From assembly GCA_965178125.1 (NCBI GenBank), contig OZ237773.1, positions 62,001 to 126,000 on the forward strand: 64,000 nt of DNA, written 5' to 3'. Below the pieces are notes generated by a model. The model was not told the origin of the DNA. It searched no databases and was given only the letters and a program-made list of their open reading frames with translations. The position numbers were made by a program, and so were the translations under genes. The stretch is from Bilabrum cf. latius (Eukaryota). Shown here in pieces: positions 49,264 to 62,500 of the stretch (the first letter of the stretch is position 1; each line of letters starts with the position of its first letter).

Positions 49264-52200
49264 TGCCGCCGCGGTAGCAAGCGGTGTGACGAGTGGGCTG
49301 CTCCCCCCGGTGGAGCGCGCGCTCACGGAAGACGTCGTCAAGGTCGCTAGTAATCTGTACAAGGATGCCCAGACGCTCGGATTTCCCCGCGGTGCCGACC
49401 GCATGGCCGACATGCCTGCCGGGCTCGACGCTGCCCTGCCAAAGTACCTCCTAGATCGAATGCCTGACAGGCTTCCAGATCCCAAAGGGTTGGCGTTGTC
49501 AGATCCGCAGCCAGCCACGCAGAGCAACCAGAGGGACGTGGAACCGGTGCTTGACCCTTCGAGCGCAGGTTCGAGACCCGCTGGGGCGGGACCGCTCGAG
49601 GACGCCGTGGGTCTGATCGAAGGTGCTTCTGCTGCTGGTGTGACGAGTACGGGGCGGCCGGGTCGCTCGGGATCCAGCTCTGCCTCTTCGAACGGGGAGC
49701 GGCGCAACAGGGAGGCGCAGGCGCTTCTGATGGACCAGGCGCAGGATAGGCTCCGGGAGCGGGAGAGGAAAGCCAAGCAGGAGCTGCAGGACTGGCGCGA
49801 AGCCGCCGTGAAGCCAACCGCAGTCAGTCGTTTCGGCAACCTGTGCTACGGGAACGCTGCCGCGCAGAGCGGCTTCGTGGACATGCAGTGCGACGAGCCC
49901 CCGCCCCTGCCGAACGGAGACATGGGCCAGATCGCGCTGCAGGAGTGGAAGGAGAAGCGAGAGCACGCTCTCAGCGTGCTCCGAGGTGACGAGAGAGAGT
50001 CGTGGGCCGCTGCATCCCTGGCTGCGGCGGCTGCCGAGCTTGCGAGCATGGCGCAAGACGAGGCGGAGGAGGCGTATGCCGCGGCATGCAGGGCGCACGC
50101 GATTCAGATGCGACTTGCGGATCGGCTGCGTGCGACAGCTGGCTCTGCACGAGGTCAGCAACCCATGGATACGGGGGAGGGCGCGGAGACCCCCAGCACG
50201 AGCAATGCACCTGCACGAGCGCTCAGCGCGCCACGGGTGCAGCCGCTGAATGGCTGCTTGACCGGTCTCGTCGACCTGCAGGAAGCGAGGACGCAGATCG
50301 ATGAGAAAGTGCGGCTGGACTCGAGTTTCGATGGGTACCCCTCCACGAACCTGTGCGCCACGGTCCCGATCGACAAGGCCACTGCCCGGGCGTATCAAGC
50401 CAACCACATGGTGACTCCTTGCGCGTCCAAGCCGGAAAAGCCGGTGCATCCTGCTGCGGTGCAGGGCCCTGGTGGGCAGGCCATGGCTGCCTCGAGCGCA
50501 AGCGGTCCTTCATCGTCCTCTTCACTGGACCATTCAGCGCCTCGCCCCAGCGGCGGCACTAGTGGAGACGGTGGCCAGGCGCATGCACCCAACGGAGCGA
50601 GTGCTGTGGATGCTGTCTAGGGTAATGAGCAGGGCAATGGACCTTCGGCCGCTGGTACCACTGGTGCCGATGCAACCAGGCAGGGGGGAAATGACTGTAG
50701 CACCGGGAGCAACAAGAGCGTGGAGGGTGCGGCAAACGGGGCTGACGAGGCGGAGGATATCCTCAAACAGTTCGTAGGCGAGGTGCAGCGCACGGTAGTG
50801 CGAGGCCCGCTGGTGCTGCACGGCCGGATGAACCCCTGGACATGGGCCGCCGCGCCTGCCCGCAAGCGGAGGCGAACCAGCGCGTTTGGCACCGCGAGGG
50901 CGATGGGGCAGCGCAAGGTGGAGGTGCAGCAGCGGGCAAGGACGGGCCATGGGTCTGCTGGCCAGCCTCATGGTTCGAGCGACCTGAAGCTGGAGGCGAC
51001 CTTTCGTGGATGGGAGCTGGACGGCAACGAGCCGTCCTTTGACCAGACCAGGATGGGGCCCGGGCACGTGCCTGAAGGCGCCAAATGCCCAGCTCCTGCC
51101 AAGGCATCATCGTGTGCCGCTCCCTCTCCGGCCATACGAGCGACTGAAAGTGGCCAAAGTCGCCCTGATGGCGGCACAGGCGACGGACAAAGCGCCTAGA
51201 CCGGTACCGGCGCCTGCAGCGGCTCCACCAGCAAGGCTCAAGAGGGAGTCGCTATGACAGCAGCCGACGCTGCCTCTAGCAATACAAGCGAGTAGGAAGG
51301 CAAAGGCAGTGATCACGCGGGTGCGGGTGCGGGTACTGCGCCTGCCAACCATGTGAGTGCATCGAACGGCAGTGCAGCAGCCCATCGTGCATCTGCCAAC
51401 GTTACCCTGGGCAACGACGACGAAGAGTACGTCGACATCATGGGCGGGTCTGAGTGCGCCGATCTGTCTGCGTGCTCGCACGGTGATGATCCCACGGACG
51501 TGCTCGGGCACTGGACGGGCCCTGGACTGTGCGTGGGGCCGCCTACATTCAACAAGATGGGGCCGACGGCAGAGGCGAGCAGCCTGATCGAGCTGCAGAA
51601 GCTGGCGCACTCACACAATCAGGTCGCGAGCGCCTGGAGAAGGAGCTCCAGGCAGGAACAGGCCGACGTGCTGCGGCGAGTCAGGAAGATCGGAGAGATT
51701 TCCAACCACCTGCCAGCCAGTAGCCTGCCGCAGCCAGCCCCTATAAAGTACATCAAGCAGGAACAAGACGCTCTGGAAGCCAAGGAAAGGGTGGTCAAAG
51801 AGGTGCAGCAGGCTCTGGCGCAGGAGCCTGCTTCTGCTTCGGGCAACGACGACGGGCAGGACGTGAGCGGAGCCGTGCGGGCCAAGGCACTCAGCGAGGT
51901 GGCAAAGGGCATGAAGCCGGTCCCGATCTTCCGGCCAGGGTGGGTGGAGTCACTCGAGCGCGTCTCCCTAGCGATGGAAAGTGACCCCGAGGGCCTTCTG
52001 GCGAGAGCCGCAAGGTCCAGCCCGAACGGCATCAAGATCCAAGAATCGCTGCTGCAGCAGCAGAGGAAGCTGGCCCGCAGGGAGGCCGAGCAGGCAATCT
52101 ACACGGCAAGGGCGATGGCCCAGTCAGCAGCCGAGGCCATTGGCACCGCCGCCGCCACCTCCCACAGGGGGCCATGGATGCCAGCCACGAGGGCCTTGAT

Positions 52201-55200
52201 CGACGTTGACTCGGCCTCGCTGTGGCTGCCTGTGACAGACCCAGAGGAATACGCGGCGCGCCGCAGGGCATCGGCACGCCAGGACATGGATGGCGGCGTG
52301 CAGGCAAAGCCTGGCGGGGGCACGCTGCTCAAGCCCGAGTTCGAATCGACGGGCGAGTCCTTCATGGCCGACATGCTGGCTATCGGAATGGACGAGCAAG
52401 CAGAGATCGAGCAGATGGCAACCAAGCCGTGGAGCCTTCAGTCCGGCAAGCCGGCGTGGAGGCAGGCCCAGATGCTGGGTCAAAAGGAGCTGCCAGACCC
52501 GCCCGTGAAGCGAGCTATTCGAGCTGGGAGACCGGCGTGGCTGAGGCTCCAGACGCAGAAGCGCGTGCTGCTTGCTGCCAGCCAGGGCAGCGGTGAGGTC
52601 GGTCGCAAGCTGAGGGCCATGGGCGTGGAGTCCTCGACAGAGAACGCTTGGCTGGCGGAGGAGAAGCTGGACCAGGAGAAGGAGGCCCAGGGCAGGCTAT
52701 CTAGGCGGGAAGGGGGCTACGAGGCACCGGGGACACCGGCAGAGGAAGGCGCAGGTGCATCGGGCGCTGACGTGACCTCGTCGCGCTTGGAGATGCTGTC
52801 AAGCGTGTGCCCGGTGCCACCCGCCCAGCTGCACGCGAGATCGAGACCCGAGACGCGCGAGGCAGGCGCATTCGCCACTGCTGGCCTTCTGGGGCTCTGC
52901 AGGCGACTTTGGTCGACCATCGGTGGCAGTGACACGTGGCTGGGTAGAGAGATCGGGCTCTCTGGCTGGGACTTGCCGGCGGACTCGTACAGCACGATGC
53001 ACGACCCATCGCTCGGAGACGCATCGCGCGGTAGTGCGGGCTTGGGTGGCGCTAAGCGCAAGAAGGCGAGTCCAAAGTGGTGGCTTCCTCGGCTGGCCAG
53101 AGAAGAGGGCCTATGGAGCACGCTTGAGAGCACGAGGCCGACCAGGCGGCGGCACGCGCTCTTCCCAGGCAGCCGGCTCGCAGCGGTGCCTGACACGGCA
53201 GTGCAGCTCGCAATCCCCACGGCGCAGCCCAAGCCAGCCACGCTCTGCTCGCGGGAGCACATCCGGGCTCTCTTTCAGCAGTATCAGGACAATATCAGGA
53301 AGACCATGGAGGCGGAGCGGGCGGCCAAACAGGCTCGGCTCAGTGCGGAGCTGCAGCGGCAGTCGAGGGAGCGGATCCAGATCATGAGCCAGGCGGCCCG
53401 TCTGCCGGTTGGTGCTGGCCTGCCTGTCCTCGGGGGGGCAGGAAGCGACGCAGTGGCAGCGGCAGCAGCCGCAATGGAAGGGGTGCGTGCTGCATCGGAC
53501 CAGGCGCCGATGCTCGGGGATGACACTGCGGGAAGCTCGACGCCGGGTACTCCTGCCGGGGCAGCGGCTTCCAGCGGGGCGAGCAAGGTGGCAGCCAAGG
53601 GCCGCGGCAGGGGCAGAGGGAGGGGCAGAGGGGGGGGCAGAGCTGCCTCCTCAAGCGACAGGGCAGCGGGTGCCACGCCAGCTGGTGGTACTACGTTAGG
53701 CAAGAAGCGTGGCAGGTCAAAATCGACAGGCAAGGCAAACGACAGCCGCTTGCATGCAGGATCAGAGGACAGTCAGGCGGCGGCCTCTGGCGGCGCGGGT
53801 ACGGCTGCAAGCGCCGATTCGGGCAAGGGCAAAGCAGCCAATCCCAAGGGGAGCAAGCGTCGCAGGAAAGGCAGCACCGGTGCGGCGACATCCACAACTG
53901 ATGGCAGCACTGCTGCTTCATCTGGCAGGCCGCAGCCCCTCAAGCTCAAGCTACCGGGCACGCAAGGGGGAGCAGTGCCCGCCGCCTTGACATCTGCAAG
54001 CGCGACCGCAGCAACGCCTGCGTTTGGCGGGGCTGGAAACGAGACGCCGTCGGGCATGACTCCGCGTCCAGGGAACGCTTCGATCTCCGGGCTGCTTACC
54101 ATGGTGCGGGCCTTTCAGTTCAGGCGGCAGCCTTTGCGGCTTCCAGTCCCGCCCTTCCCGCTGCCAGGCGTGCTACGTGTACTCGGTACTGCTGCAGGCG
54201 GGTCCATGTCAACGCTGGCGGGGTACCCATGGTTCGCGGCACCCGATTCTTCCCTGGTTGGGATGGGCAAGGGCAAGAAGAAGACGAGCAAGAAGGTCAA
54301 GGACGGTCACGCGTTCGCAGGACCGCTGCAGCTGGATCGGTTCGGCAGGGTGATCGTGAGGGCGGGGGCACTCGCGAAGATGGCCAAACAGGCCGAGTTC
54401 TCCGGGAGCTACCCCTTGTCATCCACCGGTGGGGCGGGTGCATTGGCTGAGGAACAGGCGGCGGCTGATGCAAGGCTGGATGCGAGAGGCATGCTGGCCC
54501 TGGATCCGTTCAACCCCTGCCTCCACGTGTATCCTCTGTACGTGCATTTGCTGGACTTAAATGCGGTCGCTAGCCAGCTGGGCAACATGGCGGTCAAGCC
54601 GGTGCAGACTGCTACCGAATCCACAGAGGGAGGCAATGAGGTAATCGCGTGGGTTAATGCGGGCGCGGCCAGCTCGAGGCCAACTTAGCCAATGGGTAAA
54701 CCTGTCATGATACCATACGGGCAGATCACTGCGCCCACGCTTGAGGCGGCGCAGCAGGTCTCTCAGGGCGGTAAGCGCGGGCACGGTGCAAGCGCGCACG
54801 ACACTGTGGCCAAGCTGCTGCACGTTGGCGACGACTCGAGGTCGATGCGGCGGCTCCTCGGTTCGGGCACGACTGCATCGGGTGGGAAGGGGAAGGGAAA
54901 AGGGAAAGGCAAAGGCAAAGGGAAAGGCACAGGGAAGGGCACTGCAGCGAGCAGCACGGCCTTGGACGTTCTTCACGACAGGCGCAGGCGGCAGCTGCAC
55001 CCTGTGCTTCGGGCGCACACGGAAGCATTCGGAGACCTCGTGCAATACCGACTGCCCTGTGTGATTGGCCACGCCGGGTGCGGCATGGAAGTAGCGTGTC
55101 TGGAGCACGCACCTGAGGAAGTCACGGCTGCAGTGAAGCAGGAAGGCCGGCACTCCGTATCTCACTGGGCCGTGCACATTGATCCCGAGACCTAGGGCGC

Positions 55201-56941
55201 CAAATGGGTCAAGTAGCCACTGGGCGATGCAGCCGACAGGCCCGGGCACCCCCAGCACCCTGCCGCGCATGCATCTGCGGGGACATCTACTTCTTCTTCT
55301 TCTTCCTATGGACACGGTGGCCCCTCTGTGGCCCATTCGAGCACAGAGGAGGATGCAGGCCAGAGTACCCCGAAACCAGGTGCTGGGGCCTCTACGCCAT
55401 ACACTCCGTCTTCCTCGAGGCATTCCGCGCTGCGGCGAGCCATGCAATCCCCGATGCCGCCGCCTCCCATGCCCGACAAAAATGTCAAGATCACGCTGCT
55501 GCGAAGGGTGGTGCAGCCCATGCCGGCCGCCTCGACTGCAGTGGAGGCAGGCGGCGACGCGGAGTTGTGGTCCCACTGCGAGACGTTGCCCAAGCGGTGG
55601 GCCAGCGTGAAAGGGCCGAAGAATGTGACGAGTGCTGCGAAGAGTACCGCTGGGCCGAGCAGCTCCAGTCAGAGCAACGGAGCAGCTGCCGCAGGAAATG
55701 CGGCTGGTGGGGCGGCGGGGCAACTGGTAGCTGCGGGTGGGGCCTTGGTCGGACCGGCAGTCGCAGGGACGGGCCCGGGAGGGTGCGACGGTCCCGGCGC
55801 TCCACGCGACTGGTCCTGGGGCCCGATCATTCGGATCTAGGGACTGGGCCATGCTCTTCTGAGCCGGCACGTGGGGGTGGTCAAACAGGCTCGCGATGTG
55901 GCCCAGGATGAAGCCAAGAGGCTCGCTGGGTACAACCCAAGCGCGCAGGTTGTGGGTTCCGATTCCGCGCCTGGAGGCAGCGGTAGCAAGTCGAAGGCCA
56001 AGGGGGGGAGAGGCAAGTAGACAGGGCGTGGAAGATCCAAGAGCGTCTCGAAGGGACGAAAGGGGTCGGACTCTGCCGTACAACCGGCTGAGACTCCCCT
56101 CGTGCAGACGCCCGCCGGTGCTTTGTCTGTTCCCGGCACGCCGGCAACGCCACAGCAGGGTCAGGCGGGCAAAGGCGGCAAGTCAGGTGGCAAAGGTGGA
56201 GGTGGTAAAAGAGGCGCGAGCAAGTCAGGGGGCAGTAGCAGCAAGGGCAGTGGTGGCAAAACTGGTGCTGCTGCGGCGAAAGGCGGAAAGGGCAAGGGTA
56301 GAAAGACCCCCGCAGCGAAGAGCAACGCAGGAGGCGCAAGGAGCCGACGTGGATCCGGCCAGTTTACAGCAAGCTCGGGCAAGCCACCGGCTGGGATCAT
56401 TGCTACGGGCGTCCCGACCTTACCGGCGCAGCAGGCATCGGTCCCTGGCCCGCCCGCTGCCCGTGCACCGGCGGACCGGCCAGCCACGACACCCGCTGCA
56501 AGCGATTTCATCAACCTCGCAATCCAGTCCCTGCAGCCGCAATAGCAGCTACAGCAGCAGCTGCGGCCACAACAACAGCAGTAGCAGCAGCAACAGCAGT
56601 AGTAGCGGGCCGTTGCTCATGCCCAGCCGATGGCCGTGCCAGCTTAGCACGGCCATTTGCCCTCTGCCTACGGCGCAGGGCCTGGTGTACCAATGACTGC
56701 TGCAATGCAAGCGGGTGCACCGCAGGGAAGGGTGTTGGGATAGAGTACCGGAGCAGCTGGCGCGCCCATCTCTTCCGCAGCTTTCATGGGGCTTGCCCAG
56801 CCCCAAGGATTGATGCATCCAACGGGGAGGATGGGCGTGGGACATGCGCCTTACCAGCAGGCTGGTCACTCGGCGCAGCAGCAGCAGCGGTCGCACGGAT
56901 AGTCGTGGGGCCAGTAGCACCGCAATGACGGACATCAATAA
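47234..56941 (+). CDS. Giant low-complexity, probably nuclear protein (RG repeats, Lys/Gly tracts, polyQ tail), about 3199 aa; first exon tentative
   Basis: One frame from 47545 to TAA 56939-56941 is interrupted only by about 21 TAGs. A candidate first exon 47234-47436 joins through a phase-2 intron 47437..47544; ATG 47591 is an alternative start. I recognise no globular domain. Confidence 0.75.
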
Positions 56942-56964
56942 TTTAGGGACATCCTTTACTTTAC

Positions 56965-57198
56965 CATCCTTTTTAGTACTAAAGAGACATGCAAGGTCCT
57001 GCGCGGGTCAGTGTAGCCGTCCTTGAAGAAGAATGCGTCTGCCGCCGGACCCGCAGCGGTGTTCGTCCCGAATGCCTTCACGAACGCCCGGGGAACAGCA
57101 GTTCCGGTCTCTCGATCGCGCACCGTCAGCCGGCCGAATTGCTCAGCCACAGACACCCGCAAGCCAGACCGAAGCACAGTCGCCTCCCCCTCCCCCAC
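56965..57198 (-). pseudogene. Isolated gene fragment with a KDGYTD motif
   Basis: VAEQFGRLTVRDRETGTAVPRAFVKAF...FFFKDGYTDPR resembles, from memory, the C-terminal G.L.V...YVKV...FYKDGYTDLRG motif of large uncharacterised bacterial and protist proteins. It has no start and no flanking coding context. Confidence 0.45.
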
Positions 57199-57549
57199 CC
57201 CACCCCACCCCTTTACGAAGGTGCCGAAATTTAGATCTTGAGGAGCTGAAGCAGCCGAAAACGACGCCAGCTACGATAGGTTCGCTGAACGGAGAGAAAG
57301 TTCGGCTAAAGGCAATCTAGACTCTAGAATCATTGACGGCTACGATCCACTTTTAGCAAACCTAGTATCCTTGATCGGACTGTCAGTACCTTATTTATCC
57401 AGCTGCTTGTGTTAGGTAAATTAGGGCTTGTTCGCATCGGAAGAGCTCGTTGTTGACATTATGCAGCCGTTCGTTCATTTGTTTCGCTGAATGTTTGTCG
57501 CAATTGTTTGCATTTTGGAGATGATTCCCCTGCGTTTGTTCTTCACCGT

Positions 57550-59533
57550 ATGATGTGCGCCTTGGGTGTGGTCACACGGTTGCGGACTAAGCACTTGGCG
57601 GGTCTTTGGGCTCGCCACCTGTCATCCTGTGTGTCTACGTTTGTCTGGCGGCCTAGCCGACTGAGCTCTGCCAGCCAATGCAACGATATACATTCAATTG
57701 TGAGGCCTACTCAACTGATATCTACTGGGTCAACTGGCTTTGTCAGATTCAGAAGCAGCAAAAAGGAGCAGAACGTTCTCGACGACAAGGTGAACAGCCT
57801 TGAGCATGAGAAGCTCCGAAAGCAGGAGGTAGATGTGGCAAGACTATCCGAACGAGTGGTTGAAGTTGAGCACTAGTTTACGAGTGCCACAACGGATAAG
57901 GAGATGCAGAGGCAGGAACGGATGATGCAAGTCATGGAGCAAAGACTTGAGAAGGCGCAGAGGCTTGCAGAAGAGGCTAGAGCGCGGCTTACACGCATCG
58001 AAGCTGCCAAGCGATTAATCAATGATTTCGATCATCATAGACTGTCCGAAGAGTCCGCTCGATCTGTAGCTGAGGTGGTTGCGTTGATCCAGGGGACGGA
58101 AAGGATCGGGATGAATCTCGATGTGCAGCGGAAGATGGTGCCGATGCTAGTCAAGCCATTTCCTCGGGTGCTATCTACCCCATCGAGCGAGGAATCGTCC
58201 GCTGGGAGTGCGTCCACAAGTGCGCTAGCAGAATAGAAGCGACGTGTCGGCCCACAGTTGATCTCTTCCATGCAGATGATCAACAGGATTGGGTCCGGTG
58301 CAAAGGAGTTTGCCGAGAAAATCCGTGATACCCTTGGCGATGATAACCTACAGAATAAAAGTGTAGTCGTGGTCGCATAGGCTAGTGGATCGGGGAAATC
58401 GAAACTATCCATCGATGCTTCATTGGTTGAGGGTATTCCTGCTATCGTTCTCACGACCATATCTGAGGGCGACAACTTGTCTGACCCTTTTGCTACCCTC
58501 CATGCCGCATACAACGATTATCTACGGGACGAAGAGGCTGCAGCTTCGAGGTATTCGGCCAATGACAGTCAGTATTTGGATTCCTTGCGAGGGTGCTACT
58601 TCGAGGTTTTGATTGGGGCTCACATCGAGTGGACAGCTGCAGTCCTCGAGCAACTCGCTACCGACGGGAAGACTCGGTCATACAACGAGACCATGTTTGC
58701 ACTGCACCGGTGCAGAATGAATGGTTTGGCGCCGCAGGGTGTGGCTTCGATCGTAAAACAACGACTGCTCGGACTACAAGCAATCCATAGCTCATCCGGC
58801 CTTCAAGACCTGAAGCTAAAAGTGCGTCAGTACAACTTATACGCTCTCAAACGCCTGAGAGCATCTATCAGGGGCTGCTGTGGTATTGCACCCGATGCAG
58901 ACAAGCCCATCATCACAGTCGACGAAGTGCCGAAGCTGATTACGTAGTTCTTTGGGACGAGAACACGCCCCGAGGACTCGTGGATCAGGTTCTTGTCATT
59001 CGCGGCTTAGTCCTGTCTGAATCAGAATATCCCCGTCGCTTTCGTTGGGACCTTTATGGAGGTGCAGGTATTGCTGTAGAAGAACTTTTCACCGTTGCGC
59101 GGTTGCGTGACGATGTTCGCGAACGCAGACTTCATCAGTACAGAGCAGTTCTGGTCATCCTATGTGCCAACGTTGCCAGACACTCCACCTGAATGCTTGG
59201 CAGGTTTGCGCGAGCTCGAGGGAAGACCAATTTTCTTCTTTGACCTGCTGTTAGCACCAGCAGTGCGACGAGTGCTCCGCTCGGAACACCTGGAGTTAGT
59301 GTCGTCGGATGTAGCAGGTACAAATTGCGAGACAGCCCGTCGCATGGTTACAGCGCTGCTTTTGGTCCTTCCCAATGCTCGAAGAGAAGGTATCAAAAGG
59401 ATGGTAAAGAGAACCCTGCATTTCGTGAACCGAAACGACACCCGTCTCGGAGTCGCCGGAGTGTCAACATCTGAAGAGAATCCGAACTTGAAGAGCATGC
59501 TGAGCAGCGTGTTCCTTGACGGACGACATTTGC
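57550..59533 (+). CDS. Crinkler-type (CR-NTPase-like) P-loop NTPase, N-terminal part of an interrupted gene
   Basis: A coiled coil is followed by Walker A VVVVA*ASGSGKSK (TAG 58378), Walker B IITVDE and a sensor-like strand PVAFVGT. The frame is open through TAGs 57874, 58234, 58378, 58945, 59008 and 59077, and runs on to TAA 59608 inside the inferred insertion. Start uncertain. Confidence 0.65.
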
Positions 59534-62500
59534 AACCGATCAGGACGCGGGTAAAGGGGACAAAGGGCGGTCCGTCCAAGCTAGTCGTGGATAGGCAAGC
59601 ATGGTATTAAGGAGACAGAGTCTGATTCGTTGTTGACGTCAAATGAGATGATAAGCGTCTGTGCGATGAGGATGGCTCTGCGAAGAAGGAGAACGCCGCA
59701 ACACCTTGTCCGTAGGTGGGAAGAGGAATTGTAGCGTTAGACATCGTAATCTGATTAACGGAAGAGGCAGGCCACGAAGAGTGGAGGTTGGCATTTCTCC
59801 AGTCAATCGCCTCCATTCGGGGTGGAAGAGCTCAGGACTGACAGATCGTCTTGAATTCTTTTTGTTGTGGTCTCATGTCTTCGGGTGCGGGTGCAGATAC
59901 AGTTCAGCCGGAGCGCTAGGGCGTGATGGCGCGGCTTCAGCAGTTTTGGCGTGGCATTTTCACGACGTTGGCCTTGAAAGAACCCGGTTTTCAACGTGCT
60001 ATTTTCCTTTTTGAGGCATGCTTTGGGGCCTTGTCTGATCCAATGCAATGGGCATCGGTGACCGGAGTGTGTGGGTTTACCGCAGAGCGGCTCCTCGCGC
60101 TAGAGGCGCAGTGGAACGAGGCCATCAAAGGCGTACGGCGTGGGTCTCCGAAGCGCGCACAGATAATTGAATCAATGATTCGATACTTGTTGACAGCGGT
60201 GGTCACCATGAAGGGCGTGCATGGACAACCCTATTCCACGGTTCTGCCTGACTCCTTCCCGTCCTTCGCATCCTGGCTTGAACTTCCTGAGCCGACCGCA
60301 ACGGCGCAGGACTCGGACACCTTCGTACTGTCTCGCAAGGCGGAGGATGCCTACGCACATGCGCACGCCGGGAGCGCGGTGTCGACCTCAAGCGCCCTGG
60401 CAGCAGGGGCTGCGGGTGGAGCTGTGGGTGGAGCTCCAGCAGGTGCCGGGCCTCGTGCCGGCAGCCGGCCGCGGCAGGCAGGCCGAGCACCGGCCCGGCA
60501 GCCGCTGGGGTCAATTCCCCGCGATCAATCCCTTGCACACGCTCCAGGCAGTGGCCCCGGGCCTGCAGCGAGCCTTGGCGGCCTGGCGGCGGTGCCCAGC
60601 GAGTGGAGCGCTGCGGTGCGAGCGTGGCTGCATCCCTGGACGGCTGAGCGGCAGTAGGCCCTGAAGGAGACCGAGGACGAACAGATGCGTCTGTCGATGG
60701 CCGTAGAGGCTGCGTTGTTGGCAGCGGGCGGATGGCCGGAGGCGGACTCCACTCTCCGCGCCCTCGATGGGGCCATGACGAAGCAGCTGCGGGCGCTGGG
60801 ACGGCGCATGCAGCATGCACCACAGAGCCAAGAGCACGCCATTATATTGGCGATCGCGTTCCTCGAACGGGTGACGCATGAGCAGCAGCGAGCAGCTGAA
60901 ACAGGCTTGGAGATGCCGGCTCTCCACCAGGTGGTCGCACTCGTCAGGCGCCATGCCAAGGAGCGGAAGCTACCGGCGGCCACGGGTGCGGGTGCAGCTG
61001 ACCCGGGTGAGTCCTTGGTGCGTGGTGTGGTGTAGTCTGATGTGGTGTAGTCTGCGTTTGTCCCCGCTTCGTTACTCCGTGATCACGGGCCAGGCCAAAT
61101 CAAAGCCACCGAGTTCCGGGGGATGTTCGTTCAGATCGCGAAGGCGGAGCTGATTGCAGCACTGCAGGCGAGCAGCGACTGCCCCCCGCGGATGTCGTTG
61201 GCAGCTACCTCCAAGTACCTTACGAAGGCGGCAGGCATCTTGGCCTCGGCAATCACCGGGGATGACGAGCGCATCAAGAAGAGCTGGGCAGACCTGCTCC
61301 AGCTCAAGAGCGATGATCCGCTATTTCCTGATCTCGCGGTGCCCAGACATGAGGACTTGGTGCACCCTCGGCCGTTCGCGCTGTTCACCTACGCACTGGT
61401 GCGGGCATATGCACGGGCGGTTACAGCAGTGGTGGAAACGTACGCCACGTCAGGACCTGCCTGGCCGACCCCACCGGCCCAGTCGATGTCGCCGTACAGG
61501 CCTGAGGCGGATGTGGAGGAGTTTCATGCCGGTGCGACAGCAATCACGCAGTCCCTGGCGTCCTGGGGCAGGCAGCTGTGGAAGCTGCAGCTTCTGGCGC
61601 GCACTGCAGGCGGCAGCTTCGGCACAGGGCTCCAGACGTCTCGTGCAGCAGCGAAGGACGTGTTCACTGCCATCGTGCTGACCGCGCAGGGCAAGATGGG
61701 AATCGCAGTGCCAGCGATTCGCACCAACAGTCAGGCCGATATGATGGCGGCGAGGGACCAGGTGCACACGCTGATCACGGCGTACCTCAAGGGCGATGAC
61801 CTTGAGGACTCTGACCCGCTCGAAGGCGTGGAGCCTGGCCGCGTAGTGCAGGTCATCCGTGCGTGCTTGTGCCCAGAGGGCCCGCACGGCATCGGACCAG
61901 CACTGCTGAGCAGCACGCCACAGGGCCAAGCACTCGGAACGGCGGCGGCAGTGGCCCAACTGGAGAAGACCATCGAGCTCGCCCAGGGCTCCTCATGAAG
62001 GCCAGCACGCCCGTGCCGCCACAGCAGGTGGCGGCCGGGCAGGCCTTCAAGGAGACGGCGGCGCCTCTACACGCAGGAGAGGCGCCGCCTCCGGCGACTA
62101 CATGCACGGCGCCTGGAGCAGGGGCTCAAACGCTGTGTTCGGGAATGGAGGCGGGGCCGTGCCAGAGGACTTCTCTCACCTCTGGTACAACAGGACCTGT
62201 CCTTCCGTGGGTAGGATTGTGCGCCGGTCGCTTCGGTGGCCGGCTTCTCGGGATGGCTTCAGCAACGGACAGTTGGGTCGGGGAACACTCAACAGCTGAA
62301 TGAGGAGCGGAACGTATACGACGGCAGTTTCGGACGGCAGGACGTGGTCACTAATGCAATTGGGCAGCGGTGGTTACAGTAGCCACGACGTCATCGTCAA
62401 GTCAGCGGGGAAGTACCAGCGGAGGGTGCAGCAGCAGTGCATGCGGCCCAGGAGATCCGTGTCAGCTACCCTGCAGCATCGACTACGTCAGCAGCGTTAC

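Noticed and set aside
56939-57241. Readthrough of TAA 56939 to TGA 57239, implying UAA is also Gln
   Set aside because: Composition turns AT-rich right after the TAA, the extension is mostly the antisense of a gene fragment, and no other intact gene has an internal TAA.
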